From: an uncultured Bacillota bacterium
Lineage (GTDB): Bacteria; Sysuimicrobiota; Sysuimicrobiia; Sysuimicrobiales; Segetimicrobiaceae
Reading direction: 5' to 3'
NCBI GenBank assembly: GCA_963804645.1
Contig: CAWDRG010000017.1
Location: 384,001 to 448,000, forward strand
DNA: 64,000 nucleotides
How positions within the stretch are numbered: the first letter of the stretch is position 1; every line of letters begins with the position of its first letter. This document shows positions 26,902 through 36,993 of the stretch, piece by piece. Made by a program: the position numbers and the translations under genes. The notes beneath the pieces are model-generated. The model did not search any database. It was not told the DNA's origin and was given only the letters and a program-made list of their open reading frames with translations.

Positions 26902-27059
26902 GGTTCCCTCCAGCGTATAGCCCTACGCGGTACGCGTGAACGTCCGCGCCGCCCTACTCGTTCCTGTCCGGCGCCCCGCGATCCTGTGCCATACGCGTCG
27001 CGTGGGCGAAGGCTGCGTGAAGACGATTCGGACCTCGTCGACGCGGCCCCGACGCCGTC

Positions 27060-28298
27060 TTACGCCCCGCCGTTCGTATGGGGCACCGGAGCTGCGGGCA
27101 CCTGTGCCTCGTCCGCCCCCCGCCACAGCTCCTCGAACTGCCCTTTGTTCCATCGCGCCAGCTCCAGGCCCGGCCCCATCGAGTGGCCCTCGAACGCGAT
27201 AGTGCCCTCGTAATCCCGAAGCGCCGCCAGCACCCGGACGAGGTTGCGGGATCCCTCGCCGAGCGGCAGGTGGAGCCGGGTCTCGTCGGCGTCGCTCAGG
27301 TGCACATGCACGATCCGCTCGAGCGCGCCGATGAAGGCCACCTCGTCGGTACCCCACGGGATATGCGCGACGTCCAGGGTGGTCCCCACGTTGTCCCGGT
27401 CGACCTCGCGCACGAGCCGGTTCGCATCGTCGGCGGTCACCACGTACTCGCCCTGTCGCGGCTCCATGTGCTCGACGCCGAGGCGCAGCCCGTGTTCGGC
27501 GGCGTGGGCGGCCAGCTCCCGGATCCCGGCCACCAACCCAGGCCAGTAGCGCTCCGCGTCGTCGTAGGGCATCGTCACGTGTCCCGGATGCATCACCACC
27601 AGCCCCGCCCCGAGGCGCGCGGCCAGCGCGATGGACTGATGCAGCGCCTCCATCGAGACCGCACGCACCGCGTCGACGCGCGACGTCGTATTGAGATCCC
27701 AACTCATCGCGTGCAGGGTCAGCACCATCTTCAGCGCCCGCGCCCGAGCGGCGACCGCCGCGGGGTCGCTCGCCATCTCGGTCAGATGGTAATCCCATAA
27801 CTCGACGCCGTCGTAGCCGAGTTCGTGCGCCACTGTGAGGATCTCCTCGGGCGGGTGCACCCACATCAAGGGCGCGCTGAGCAGCACGCGGCAGCGTCGG
27901 TCCACCACCGGCAGCGCGCCCGGGCGGATCGGCAGCGGCGGGATCGTCGTCTCGCGGAGTCGGCGGCGCCTCGGGCGTACGATGTCGACGGTTGTGCGGA
28001 GTTCGGCCGCGACCCGGAACGTCTTGGTCAATACGCGCCCGGGCAGCCGGGTGATGAACTCACGGGGCTGCCGCCGGAACTCCGTCGTGACCTCAAATGG
28101 CTTCGCGAGCAGGCGCCGCATGACGCTGTCGACGTACTGTTCCATGAACTGGAGGGTGTCGACCGCGGTCGCGCGCCCGCAGACGATGCACAGCACCCGG
28201 GAGACGCTGCCGCTGCCGGACACGACCGAGTGGGACGTGGTGCGATGGCAGTAGCCGCAGTGGAGCGCCACTTCGTAGCGATCGCGCATGTTCGGCAT
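27060..28298 (-). CDS. Fusion of a Zn-ribbon domain and a xylose-isomerase-like TIM barrel
   Basis: CGYC...H...CIVC at the N-terminus; GYDGVELW, VEHM, LDVAH, HVHLSD, HLPLGEG and AFEG at the C-terminus. Confidence 0.85.
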   Translation of the reverse strand: MPNMRDRYEVALHCGYCHRTTSHSVVSGSGSVSRVLCIVCGRATAVDTLQFMEQYVDSVMRRLLAKPFEVTTEFRRQPREFITRLPGRVLTKTFRVAAELRTTVDIVRPRRRRLRETTIPPLPIRPGALPVVDRRCRVLLSAPLMWVHPPEEILTVAHELGYDGVELWDYHLTEMASDPAAVAARARALKMVLTLHAMSWDLNTTSRVDAVRAVSMEALHQSIALAARLGAGLVVMHPGHVTMPYDDAERYWPGLVAGIRELAAHAAEHGLRLGVEHMEPRQGEYVVTADDANRLVREVDRDNVGTTLDVAHIPWGTDEVAFIGALERIVHVHLSDADETRLHLPLGEGSRNLVRVLAALRDYEGTIAFEGHSMGPGLELARWNKGQFEELWRGADEAQVPAAPVPHTNGGA

Positions 28299-28313
28299 AG
28301 CGTCCTCCGTCCC

Positions 28314-29462
28314 TCAGGCGGTGATCGCGGCCAGTCGTCGGCTGAACTCGTCGAGAAACCTGGCTCCGGCCGCGCCGTCGGCGATCCGATGATCGACGGC
28401 GAGCGTGACGCGGCAGACCGGGCGGACCGCCAGCGCGTCGCCGCCGACAACCCAGGGGCGCAGGCGGACCGCGCCGATCGCGAGAATCGCCGCCTGGGGC
28501 GGGTTGATCAGCGCGGTGAACTCGTCCACCCCCCACATGCCCAGGTTGCTCACGGTGAACGTCGCCCCGGAGACGTCGTCGAGGCCGAGCGTGTCCTCGC
28601 GGGCGCGCCGGGCGAGCGCGGTGATCTCTTCGTCGATCATGTGCAACTCCTTGCGGTCGGCATCGCGCACGACGGGCACGATCAACCCGGTCGGCGTGTC
28701 CGCAGCGACGCCGACGTGAACAGCGTCGTGGACCACGACCGTCTCGCCGTCGAGCGACGCCCGAAGCTCGGGGTGGGCCCGGAGCACGCGGCCCGCGGCC
28801 CACACCATCACGGCGGTATACGACGCGGTTCCCCGGGCGCTGCGGGCCGCCGACATCTCGATCTCGCGTGTCAGATAGATATGCGGAATCTCGCGGGCAC
28901 TCTGCGCCATCCGCTGCGCGATCACGCGCCGGCGCCCCGCCAGCGGTGAGACCGCGTCGGCCGCACCCACCGCACGTGTGGGGACGTCCGCGGGCGACGG
29001 CGCGGCGATCTCGAGCGCGGCGCGCACGTCCGCCTCGGTAATCCTCCCGGCAGGACCAGTGCCGCGCAGTCCCGCGAGGTCCAGACCCGCCTCACGTGCG
29101 ATACGCCGCGCGACCGGCGTCGCGGCCACCGCGCCCGCCTGAGCCTGGGACGCCGCGGGCGCCCGCGGCGCGGCGTCGACGGCCCGGGGCGCCGGCGCGC
29201 GATCAGCGGCGGGGGTCGCCTCGCCGGCTGCGCCGATGTACGCGATGATCTTCGTCACGGGAATCGCCTCGCCGACCTGCGCGCGGATGTCGAGCAGCAC
29301 GCCTGACGCGGGGGCCTCAATCTCCATGTTGACCTTCTCCGTCGTGACCTCGGCGATCGGCTCGCCCTGCCGCACGGCATCCCCGGGCCGTTTCAGCCAG
29401 CGCACGATCGTCCCTTGTTCCATGGTCATGCTGAACTTCGGCAGGATGACCGGCGTGACCAT
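28314..29462 (-). CDS. 2-oxoacid/acetoin dehydrogenase E2 acyltransferase
   Basis: Lipoyl domain (TEKV), binding domain (GTGPAGRIT), catalytic DHRIADG. Confidence 0.95.
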   Translation of the reverse strand: MVTPVILPKFSMTMEQGTIVRWLKRPGDAVRQGEPIAEVTTEKVNMEIEAPASGVLLDIRAQVGEAIPVTKIIAYIGAAGEATPAADRAPAPRAVDAAPRAPAASQAQAGAVAATPVARRIAREAGLDLAGLRGTGPAGRITEADVRAALEIAAPSPADVPTRAVGAADAVSPLAGRRRVIAQRMAQSAREIPHIYLTREIEMSAARSARGTASYTAVMVWAAGRVLRAHPELRASLDGETVVVHDAVHVGVAADTPTGLIVPVVRDADRKELHMIDEEITALARRAREDTLGLDDVSGATFTVSNLGMWGVDEFTALINPPQAAILAIGAVRLRPWVVGGDALAVRPVCRVTLAVDHRIADGAAGARFLDEFSRRLAAITA

Positions 29463-30445
29463 CAGGCGGCAGCAATCTGACGCACGGCCGCCAGGATGTC
29501 CTCAACCTGAGGCACCGCCGCCCGCTCGAGCGCGCGATTATACGGGATCGGGCATTCCTGACCGCCCAGACGGATGATTGGTGCGTGCAGATGGTAGAGG
29601 ACGTCGCTCTCGGCGATGCGCGCCGCGACCTCTGCGCCGATCCCGAGAGTCCGGACGGCCTCGTGCACGATCACCACCCGCCCAGTCTTCCTCACCGATG
29701 CGAGCACCGTGTCCATGTCGAGTGGGCGGATCGACCGTAGGTCGACCACCTCGACGCTCACACCGTCCGCCGCCACCTGTTCGGCCGCCTCAAGCGCGCG
29801 CGCGACCATCACGGAGGTCGCCACCACCGTCACGTCCGCTCCCGCGCGCTTCACATCCGCGGCGCCGAGCGGCACGACGTACGGTTCCTCGGGCACCTCG
29901 CCCGTCGTGCGATACAGCAGCTTGTGCTCAACGAAAATGACCGGATTGTCGTCGCGGATGCTCGCCAGCAACAGCCCCTTCGCGTCCGCAGGCGTCGCCG
30001 GTGCCACGACCTTCAACCCTGGCACGTGCGCGAACCATGCCTCGAGGCTCTCGGAGTGCTGCGCGGCCGCGCCGGTACCCGATCCCGCCGGGGTTCGGAG
30101 CACCATCGGCACGCGGGCCCGTCCCCCAAACATATACCGGACCTTGGCCCCCTGCAGCACCAGCTGCTCCATGCACAGGGTGATGAAATCCATGAACTGA
30201 ATCTCGAGGACGGGACGCATCCCGGTCAGCGCGGCTCCGATCGCGCATCCGGCGAGCCCGGCCTCAGAGATGGGCGTGTCGCGAACGCGCGCGGGCCCGT
30301 AGGTCGTGAGCAGGCCGTCGGTGACGCCGAACGCGCCGCCGTACACGCCGATGTCCTCCCCGAGCAGGAACACGGCCGGGTCGAGGTCCATGGCTTGGCG
30401 CAGTGCCTCGCGAATCGCCTCCGCGTAACTCAACGATCGGCTCAC
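29462..30445 (-). CDS. TPP-dependent dehydrogenase E1 beta (AcoB/PdhB-like)
   Basis: [28 protein letters not shown]. Confidence 0.96.
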   Translation of the reverse strand: MSRSLSYAEAIREALRQAMDLDPAVFLLGEDIGVYGGAFGVTDGLLTTYGPARVRDTPISEAGLAGCAIGAALTGMRPVLEIQFMDFITLCMEQLVLQGAKVRYMFGGRARVPMVLRTPAGSGTGAAAQHSESLEAWFAHVPGLKVVAPATPADAKGLLLASIRDDNPVIFVEHKLLYRTTGEVPEEPYVVPLGAADVKRAGADVTVVATSVMVARALEAAEQVAADGVSVEVVDLRSIRPLDMDTVLASVRKTGRVVIVHEAVRTLGIGAEVAARIAESDVLYHLHAPIIRLGGQECPIPYNRALERAAVPQVEDILAAVRQIAAA

Positions 30446-31410
30446 GCGTAGACGCCTTCCAGCAGCGTCGCGGGATCGGGCTCGGGGCTCGCCTCGGCGA
30501 AGCGCAGCGCCTCATCCACGGCCGCCAGGGCCTCGGCGGCCATCTCCGCAGCACGCTCCGGTGTCAGCGCCCCCTCGGCCACCAGGCGCGCCTCGCAGCG
30601 CGCGATCGGATCCCGCCGCTGCCACGCCTCGACGTCATCCCGCGTGCGGTAGCGCTGCCGGTCGCTCTTGCTGTGACCCTTATAGCGGTACGTCACGCAC
30701 TCGAGGAGCGTCGGGCCCTCGCCGGCGCGCGCCCGTCCGACGGCGGCGGCGGCCGCTTCCTCCACCGCCGCCACATCCATGCCGTCCACCGTGTCGCCCG
30801 GCACGTTGTAGGCGGCTGCGCGCGCGCTGATCCGATCGACGCCCATCGCCGCAGACACCGGCATCGACATCGCATACTGGTTATTCTCGCAGACAAAAAC
30901 AATCGGCAGGCGCCAGATCGACGCCAGGTTCATGGCCTCGTGGAACGCGCCCTCGTTGGCCGCGCCGTCCCCGAAAAACGCGGCGCAGACCTGCGCGGTC
31001 TTTCGCATCGTGATCGACAGCCCCACGCCGGTCGCGATCGGGAGCCCGCCTGCCACGATGCCGTTCGCGCCGAGGTTGCCGCTCTCCAGATCGGCAATGT
31101 GCATGCTGCCGCCGCGCCCGCGGCAGTAGCCCGTGTCCTTGCCGAGAAACTCGGCCATCATTCGGCCCACATCGGCCCCGCGCGCCAGGCAGTGACCGTG
31201 ACCACGATGCGTGCTCAAGATGTAGTCGTCCGGCCCCAGCGCCCCGCACACGCCTGCGGCGACCGCCTCCTGCCCGATGCTCAGGTGCATGGTCCCGTGC
31301 ACCTTGCCGAGCGCAAACAGCTCGTCCGCTTTCTCCTCGAACGCGCGGATCAAGCGCATCGTCCGCAGCCGCGTCACGCCGCGCCCAGTCGGCGGAGGCA
31401 CGGTCTTCAC
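30442..31410 (-). CDS. TPP-dependent dehydrogenase E1 alpha (AcoA-like)
   Basis: [24 protein letters not shown]...ENN, YRYKGHS. Confidence 0.96.
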   Translation of the reverse strand: MKTVPPPTGRGVTRLRTMRLIRAFEEKADELFALGKVHGTMHLSIGQEAVAAGVCGALGPDDYILSTHRGHGHCLARGADVGRMMAEFLGKDTGYCRGRGGSMHIADLESGNLGANGIVAGGLPIATGVGLSITMRKTAQVCAAFFGDGAANEGAFHEAMNLASIWRLPIVFVCENNQYAMSMPVSAAMGVDRISARAAAYNVPGDTVDGMDVAAVEEAAAAAVGRARAGEGPTLLECVTYRYKGHSKSDRQRYRTRDDVEAWQRRDPIARCEARLVAEGALTPERAAEMAAEALAAVDEALRFAEASPEPDPATLLEGVYA

Positions 31411-32405
31411 GGCGCGTCGGCCTCCCCGAGTGGACGCTCGCCGTCCGCGCCCGCGAGACCGCTGGCCCGCCCGAGGCGCAGCACGGCGCGGGCGGCGATG
31501 GAGTCGGTCACCAGCACATCCACCAAGCCTCCGGCGAGCGCGCCGAGAATTGCGTCGGCCTTCTCGAGCCCTCCCGCCACCCCAATGACGAGCGGGATTC
31601 GCGCCAGGTCCTCCAGGTCGATCGCGAGGATCCGCGTCGCCACGTCACCGACGAGCGGCACACCGTCGGACGAGAACGCGCGCGTGCAGATGTCTCCGAC
31701 CGCCCCCTGCCGCCGCGCGGCTGCCATCTCCGCGGCGGAGATGTAGCCGCTCTCGATCAGCGTCGAGGATGGGACGAGGGCGCCGATCCCGATCAGCGCG
31801 ACGTCCACCCGCCGCGCGAGTTCGAGGACATGGCCGATCCGCTCGTCGGACAGCAGCGCTTCCCGAACGCTGCGCCGCGCGACGATCGCGGGCGCGTGGA
31901 GCAAATGGACGCGGCCGCCGTGCAGCTCCGCCAGCCGCCGCGCGAGCTCGTTCGCGTGGATTTCCGGAGCCGCTTGCCCGAGGCCGCCCACCAGCGGCAC
32001 CACGACCGTGGCCAGTGCCCGCGGCCGCACGCTGTCGACCACGGCCTTGAGCGTGGTGCCCCAGGAGATGCCGACGCGCTCGCCGCCCTTGAACGCGCGG
32101 TCGAGGTACTCGGCGGTGGCCTGCCCGAGCGCACGCCGCGTCACCGTCGGCGACTCGCTCCGCCCCGGAATCACGATCGCCTCGCGCAGGCCGAACCCTT
32201 CTTCCAACTCATGCTCGAGCCGCTGATGCGTCCCTTCAGGCTGTGTCACTTCGATACGGACGATCCCGGTCGCGCGGGCGCGCGTGAGGAGCCGGGATAC
32301 GGTCGGCCGCGACAGCCCGAGGCGCACCGCGATCTGCTGCTGCGTCAGGGTGCGAAGGTAGTACAAATCCGCGACTTTCGCCATCAGCACCCGATCGTCG
32401 CTCAT
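31407..32405 (-). CDS. SorC/DeoR-type sugar-binding transcriptional regulator
   Basis: [50 protein letters not shown]. Confidence 0.94.
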   Translation of the reverse strand: MSDDRVLMAKVADLYYLRTLTQQQIAVRLGLSRPTVSRLLTRARATGIVRIEVTQPEGTHQRLEHELEEGFGLREAIVIPGRSESPTVTRRALGQATAEYLDRAFKGGERVGISWGTTLKAVVDSVRPRALATVVVPLVGGLGQAAPEIHANELARRLAELHGGRVHLLHAPAIVARRSVREALLSDERIGHVLELARRVDVALIGIGALVPSSTLIESGYISAAEMAAARRQGAVGDICTRAFSSDGVPLVGDVATRILAIDLEDLARIPLVIGVAGGLEKADAILGALAGGLVDVLVTDSIAARAVLRLGRASGLAGADGERPLGEADAP

Positions 32406-33718
32406 CGCGCCGCCCCCGCACTCGTGGTCAGCGTCCCCCGCTGGATGGCCGCATCCTGCTGACGCCGCAGATGCACGATCGTCAGTGATTGGTCGAGCCG
32501 CACATCGTCGGCGGTCAGCGACGTCCCTCGGGGCACGTCGCGCTGGAGCCGTGCCCCCTGGATCACCCCGATCGGAAGGGCGCCCGACCGAGCCGTCCGA
32601 TCGGCGGCGTCGATCGTCCCGTAGACCATGGACCCTCCGATACCGTCGATCACGTCGTCGACCCGCAGGTCACGCTTCGCCACCGCAATGCATTCCGCGA
32701 CCGGCCCGGCCGACGCCTGCATCGTGGCTTCACCCGCCAGGACGGCCCGTGCCACCGACAGCGGCACCTCAAGGCTGGCAAGGTGATACGGCCGGACGAG
32801 CAGATAATAGGGCCCGTCACCCATCTTCAGGTACGCCAAGTCGCGTCGGATCGGCGCGCTGGGCGACGTCACGACCAAAAAGACCCCCGGGGCGACATCA
32901 CCGACCGCGTACTCGACGGCGCCGGCGCTGCTCAACACGCCTCCCGCGGAGACGGGAACGAAGACGCGCAGCAGATCGCCCAAGTCGGCGTGCGGGCCGT
33001 GCATCCCGGGGCAGTCCGGCCGGAGGCCCGTGGCATTCGCCAGCGCGGCCATTTCGACCATCGTCTTCGTCCCATCCACGAACGCGGTCAGCATCTTGGC
33101 GCTCATGCCGCGGGCGGCCGCTTCGCCGGCGACCGCGTCCGGGGTCGCCGTCCGATCGAGACGGTTGTTCTTGCCTTTGCCAGCGCACACCACCTCCAGG
33201 CCGATCGCGCGGGCAAATTCGACCATCTCGAATAGGACGACCGGCTCGTCCCCGGCGCCGACCGTGTACACGGAGCCACGGTCGCGCGCCATCCACCCGA
33301 GCAGCGGACCGACGGTGGCGTCGGCCTCGACAGTCATCGTCACGAACGGCACCGTCCGGCCGATCGCAAGCAGCGCGAGGCGGGCCGTGACGTCCGGAAT
33401 GCCCGTGGCGTCGACAACGACGTCGATCCCGGGCGCGCCGACGAGCCACTCCGCGTTGGAGGTCACCACGGTCCGGGCCTCGGCTAGGAGGCGATGGGCT
33501 TCCGCCTCGGAGGTCGCCGCGTCGCTCCGGACCTCCGCGCGGGCCGCGGCGGCTGCCGCCCGCTCCGCGACCACGTCACACACCGCGGCCAGACGGAACC
33601 CGGGGAGATGTGCCAATTGGTCGGCCAGCCCGCTGCCCATCTGGCCGGCGCCAATGACGGCGGCCTTGATCGGCCGCCCTTCCTGTTCTCGTTTCCTCAG
33701 CGCGCTTCGGATCGTCAT
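32402..33718 (-). CDS. NAD(P)-dependent oxidoreductase with a C-terminal SAF domain (COG4091-like)
   Basis: IGAGQMG, GDEP, AGKGKNN, FVDGTKTMVEM, RPYHL, AKRDL...DGIGG; start at ATG 33718. Confidence 0.9.
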   Translation of the reverse strand: MTIRSALRKREQEGRPIKAAVIGAGQMGSGLADQLAHLPGFRLAAVCDVVAERAAAAAARAEVRSDAATSEAEAHRLLAEARTVVTSNAEWLVGAPGIDVVVDATGIPDVTARLALLAIGRTVPFVTMTVEADATVGPLLGWMARDRGSVYTVGAGDEPVVLFEMVEFARAIGLEVVCAGKGKNNRLDRTATPDAVAGEAAARGMSAKMLTAFVDGTKTMVEMAALANATGLRPDCPGMHGPHADLGDLLRVFVPVSAGGVLSSAGAVEYAVGDVAPGVFLVVTSPSAPIRRDLAYLKMGDGPYYLLVRPYHLASLEVPLSVARAVLAGEATMQASAGPVAECIAVAKRDLRVDDVIDGIGGSMVYGTIDAADRTARSGALPIGVIQGARLQRDVPRGTSLTADDVRLDQSLTIVHLRRQQDAAIQRGTLTTSAGAAR

Positions 33719-33731
33719 GAACGTATGTTCA
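33718..33731. promoter_or_regulatory. Palindromic operator TGAAC-GTAT-GTTCA at the operon start
   Basis: Inverted repeat overlapping the first start codon of the SorC-containing operon. Confidence 0.6.
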
Positions 33732-34069
33732 GCCAGGAAAGAATGTGCATCCGAACTTCGAGCACGAGACCGCAACTCCTCCCATCCCGACCGCGCCCGA
33801 GATGGGGGCCCCCGCGTGGGACCCGCCCGGGCGCGTTCGACGGCTGCGGGCGGGGACGGAGGGCGAGCGGCGGTACGCTCGAGGATCGACGAGGTGCGCA
33901 TCGCGACGGTTCTGACGCGTGACGACGACCATCGCGACGTCCGCAGCCGACGCGGCGGCTCGGACCGGGCACGTGGCCAGTGCACCGGATCTCGCGCCCG
34001 GCCCCGCTCTACGGCGTAGCATTCGGCCGAAACTCGTGCGAGACAGGACCTCCGATCGAACGTCTCCAG

Positions 34070-34190
34070 CAGTAGAGGAAACAATGAGAAGGCGCGCCCC
34101 CTCGCCGCGCCGCCCCGTCCCCACGCGTGGACGGTGCGATTGCGCCCGTGGGCATGGCGCGGCGTCTCTGCGCAACCGGCGTCTCGACTG
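34070..34190 (+). ncRNA. Candidate c-di-GMP-II-like riboswitch upstream of ftsH
   Basis: GGAAACAATGA, TGGGCA and GCGCAACCGGC in the expected order, closed by CAGTAGAG/CTCGACTG. Confidence 0.4.
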
Positions 34191-34251
34191 GCCGCCCGAC
34201 GGTGCCGCGATCGAGAGAACGGAGACGCTCGAAAGGAGTCCCGTCCGCGAG

Positions 34252-36069
34252 ATGCCTGCACGTCCGAATCGATGGGTCCGAATCGCCAGTGCCGCGACTG
34301 TGGCCGTGGTCGTCCTGATGGTCTGGCTGGCCGCCGGCAGCATCCGCCCAACGCCGGACACCGCGATCGCCTACAGCAGGTTCCTTGACCTGGTCCGCGC
34401 CGGCAAGATCGCGAGCGTTGTGCTGCAGGGCGACGTGGTCACGGGGCGGGTGGCGCACGGGGCCCCCTTCCACACCTATCTGCCGACCGGCGACACCTCC
34501 GCCCTCGCGATGCTCGAGGCGAAAGACGCCACGATCACCGTCGCCCCACCGGCCCGGCCGAGCGCGTTCGCGTGGCTGATGGCGCTGCTGGGGGTGTGTC
34601 TCTTGTTCGGCATGGCGTGGTGGACCGCGCACCAGCGGTCGACCGGCGGGCCGGAGATCCTGTCGTTCGGGAAGAGCCGCGCGCGGCGCCACACCGAGGC
34701 GGAGATGCGGGTCACGTTCGACGATGTCGCGGGCGTGGAAGAGGCGAAAGAGGAACTGGCGGAGATCGCTGAGTTCCTCCGAAGCCCGACGAAGTTTCAG
34801 GAATTGGGCGCCAAGATTCCACGGGGCATCCTGCTCGTCGGCCCCCCGGGCAGCGGGAAAACACTGCTCGCGAAGGCCATCGCTGGTGAGGCGAAGGCGC
34901 CGTTTCTCTCGATCTCGGGCAGCGAGTTTGTCGAGATGTTCGTCGGCGTCGGGGCGAGCCGCATCCGGCACCTCTTCGACCAGGCGAAAAAACTGTCGCC
35001 CTGCCTGGTGTTCATCGACGAAATCGATGCCGCCGGGCGCCGGCGGGGAGCGGGCCTGGGGGCTGGCCACGACGAGCGCGAGCAGACCCTCAACCAGCTG
35101 CTCGTCGAGATGGATGGGTTCGATCCGAACTCCGGGATCATCGTCATCGCCGCGACCAACCGGCCTGACATCTTGGATCCGGCGCTGCTCCGGCCGGGCC
35201 GGTTCGATCGCCGCATCGTGGTCGACCACCCGGACTCACGGGGCCGCCGGGCCATTCTGGACGTGCACGCGCGTGGGAAACCGATCGCCCTGGAAGTGAA
35301 TCTCGACCAGGTCGCGCAGCGCACGCCGGGATTCAGCGGCGCGGAACTGGCGAACACGGTCAACGAGGCGGCGCTGCTCGCGGTCCGCCGGGGCAAAAAC
35401 CGGATCAGCCGGGCAGAGTTCGACGAGGCGATCGAGCGGGTGATCGGCGGGCCCCAGCGGAAGAGCCGGATTTTGAGTCCCCACGAGCGCAGGCTGACGG
35501 CGTTCCACGAAGGCGGGCACGCGCTGCTCGCGAAGCTGCTGCCGGCGGCCAATCCGCCCTATCGCGTCACGATCGTGCCACGCGGGATGGCGCTCGGCGC
35601 CGTGATGCTGCTGCCGCAGGAGGAAAAGCAAACGCGCACGCGCGATGAGATCCTCTCGAATATCACGGCCATGCTGGGAGGACGCGTCGCGGAAGAAGTG
35701 ACATTCGGCGAGATCACCACGGGGGCAGCCAGCGATTTCCAGCAGGCGACCGACTTGGCGCGAAGGATGGTGACCGAGTTCGGGATGTCGGAACGCCTGG
35801 GTCCGCTCGCCCTCGGGACACGACAGGGCTCGGCGTTCTTGGGCCGCGCCTCCGGTGAGAGCCGGAACTACTCCGATGAGATCGCCTGCGAGATCGACCG
35901 GGAAGTCCGACGCATCATCGACGAGTGCTACCGTCGGGCCCGGCAGGTGCTGACCCAGCACCGCGCGGTGCTCGAGCGCATCGCCGCGGCACTCCTGGCC
36001 CGCGAATCGCTTGATGGCGAGGAATTGGACGACCTCGTGCGCGGTGTGTCGAACGCCGCGTCAGCGTGA
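34252..36069 (+). CDS. ftsH: ATP-dependent zinc metalloprotease FtsH (probably a paralog)
   Basis: Two TM helices, [41 protein letters not shown] after AAGGAG. Confidence 0.95.
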   Translation: MPARPNRWVRIASAATVAVVVLMVWLAAGSIRPTPDTAIAYSRFLDLVRAGKIASVVLQGDVVTGRVAHGAPFHTYLPTGDTSALAMLEAKDATITVAPPARPSAFAWLMALLGVCLLFGMAWWTAHQRSTGGPEILSFGKSRARRHTEAEMRVTFDDVAGVEEAKEELAEIAEFLRSPTKFQELGAKIPRGILLVGPPGSGKTLLAKAIAGEAKAPFLSISGSEFVEMFVGVGASRIRHLFDQAKKLSPCLVFIDEIDAAGRRRGAGLGAGHDEREQTLNQLLVEMDGFDPNSGIIVIAATNRPDILDPALLRPGRFDRRIVVDHPDSRGRRAILDVHARGKPIALEVNLDQVAQRTPGFSGAELANTVNEAALLAVRRGKNRISRAEFDEAIERVIGGPQRKSRILSPHERRLTAFHEGGHALLAKLLPAANPPYRVTIVPRGMALGAVMLLPQEEKQTRTRDEILSNITAMLGGRVAEEVTFGEITTGAASDFQQATDLARRMVTEFGMSERLGPLALGTRQGSAFLGRASGESRNYSDEIACEIDREVRRIIDECYRRARQVLTQHRAVLERIAAALLARESLDGEELDDLVRGVSNAASA

Positions 36070-36119
36070 CGCAACGAGGTCGGGCACCCGCAAGCTGCTT
36101 CGAAGCAGATTCCCGGGCG

Positions 36120-36542
36120 TCAGCTGACCGGTTCGAAGATCACGACGGGAATGCGCCGCTTGCCAGCCTTGACCTCGTATTCAGCGAACTGCGGCATGAC
36201 CTTCTTCTGGTTGTCCCAGATCGCCTCTCGCTCCGCGCCCGTCGCAGTCCTGGCCACTACCTGGAACGTGTCGCCGCCCACCTCGATGGTGGTGCGGGGA
36301 TTGGCCACCAAGTTCAGGTACCACGCGGGGTCCGTCGGCGCCCCCGCCTTGCTCGCAAAGACGGCCCACTTGCCGCCGACAGGTTGATACACGAGCGGAC
36401 TGACGCGCTCGGTCCCGCTCTTGCGGCCCCGATGGTGGACGAGCACCATCGGAGCCCCCTGGAACGGCCCCCCGACCTTACCGCCGTTGGCTCGAAACTC
36501 TTCGATGACCTTCCGGTTGAACTCGTCCCTGTCAGGTGGCAT
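36120..36542 (-). CDS. Deazaflavin (F420)-dependent nitroreductase family protein (Ddn-like)
   Basis: FNRKVIEEFRANGGKVGG, GRKSG, ASKAGA..PAWYLNL.ANP, RRIPVV. Confidence 0.92.
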   Translation of the reverse strand: MPPDRDEFNRKVIEEFRANGGKVGGPFQGAPMVLVHHRGRKSGTERVSPLVYQPVGGKWAVFASKAGAPTDPAWYLNLVANPRTTIEVGGDTFQVVARTATGAEREAIWDNQKKVMPQFAEYEVKAGKRRIPVVIFEPVS

Positions 36543-36676
36543 GCCGTCCCTCCTCTGAGACGCTCCGATGCGCTGTTGGGTCACATCGCCTGCGTCGGGC
36601 ACGGTGACGTCATACGGGCGGTCCGATCTCCGTCGTGTGGGCTCGGGTCGCCCGCCACGCACACACCCCACGAGTC

Positions 36677-36763
36677 TGGTGGGCGAGGTGGGATTTGAAC
36701 CCACACGGCCAGTCAGGCCAGCGAATTTTAAGTCCGCCTCGTCTGCCATTCCGACACTCGCCC
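36677..36763 (-). tRNA. tRNA-Leu (TAA)
   Basis: GGGCGAGTGTCGGAATGGCAGAC...CTTAAAA, long variable arm, GGTTCAAATCC...CCA. Confidence 0.96.
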
Positions 36764-36993
36764 GTCGATAACTTCGCGCCGCCGGTCGGGCTCCCTTCCG
36801 TCCCGCTCCCGGACGCGCGACGGGCTCGATGATACGGTGTGAGGTTGCACGCGGCCACCGGCCGGGTCACACGCGCGGTTCGGAAACCGTGCCGCCCGCC
36901 CCCGCCAGTCTCTCTTGAAACGATCTCAATGAGTGCCTGGGGTCACGCGACCACACGCGTCGCCACGAGCACTAGGGGGCAAGCAGAAGGAAG

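Noticed and set aside
33719..34351. Long N-terminal extensions given by the ORF track for the SAF oxidoreductase and FtsH
   Set aside because: Low-complexity, mutually overlapping on opposite strands; homology starts at 33718 and about 34252
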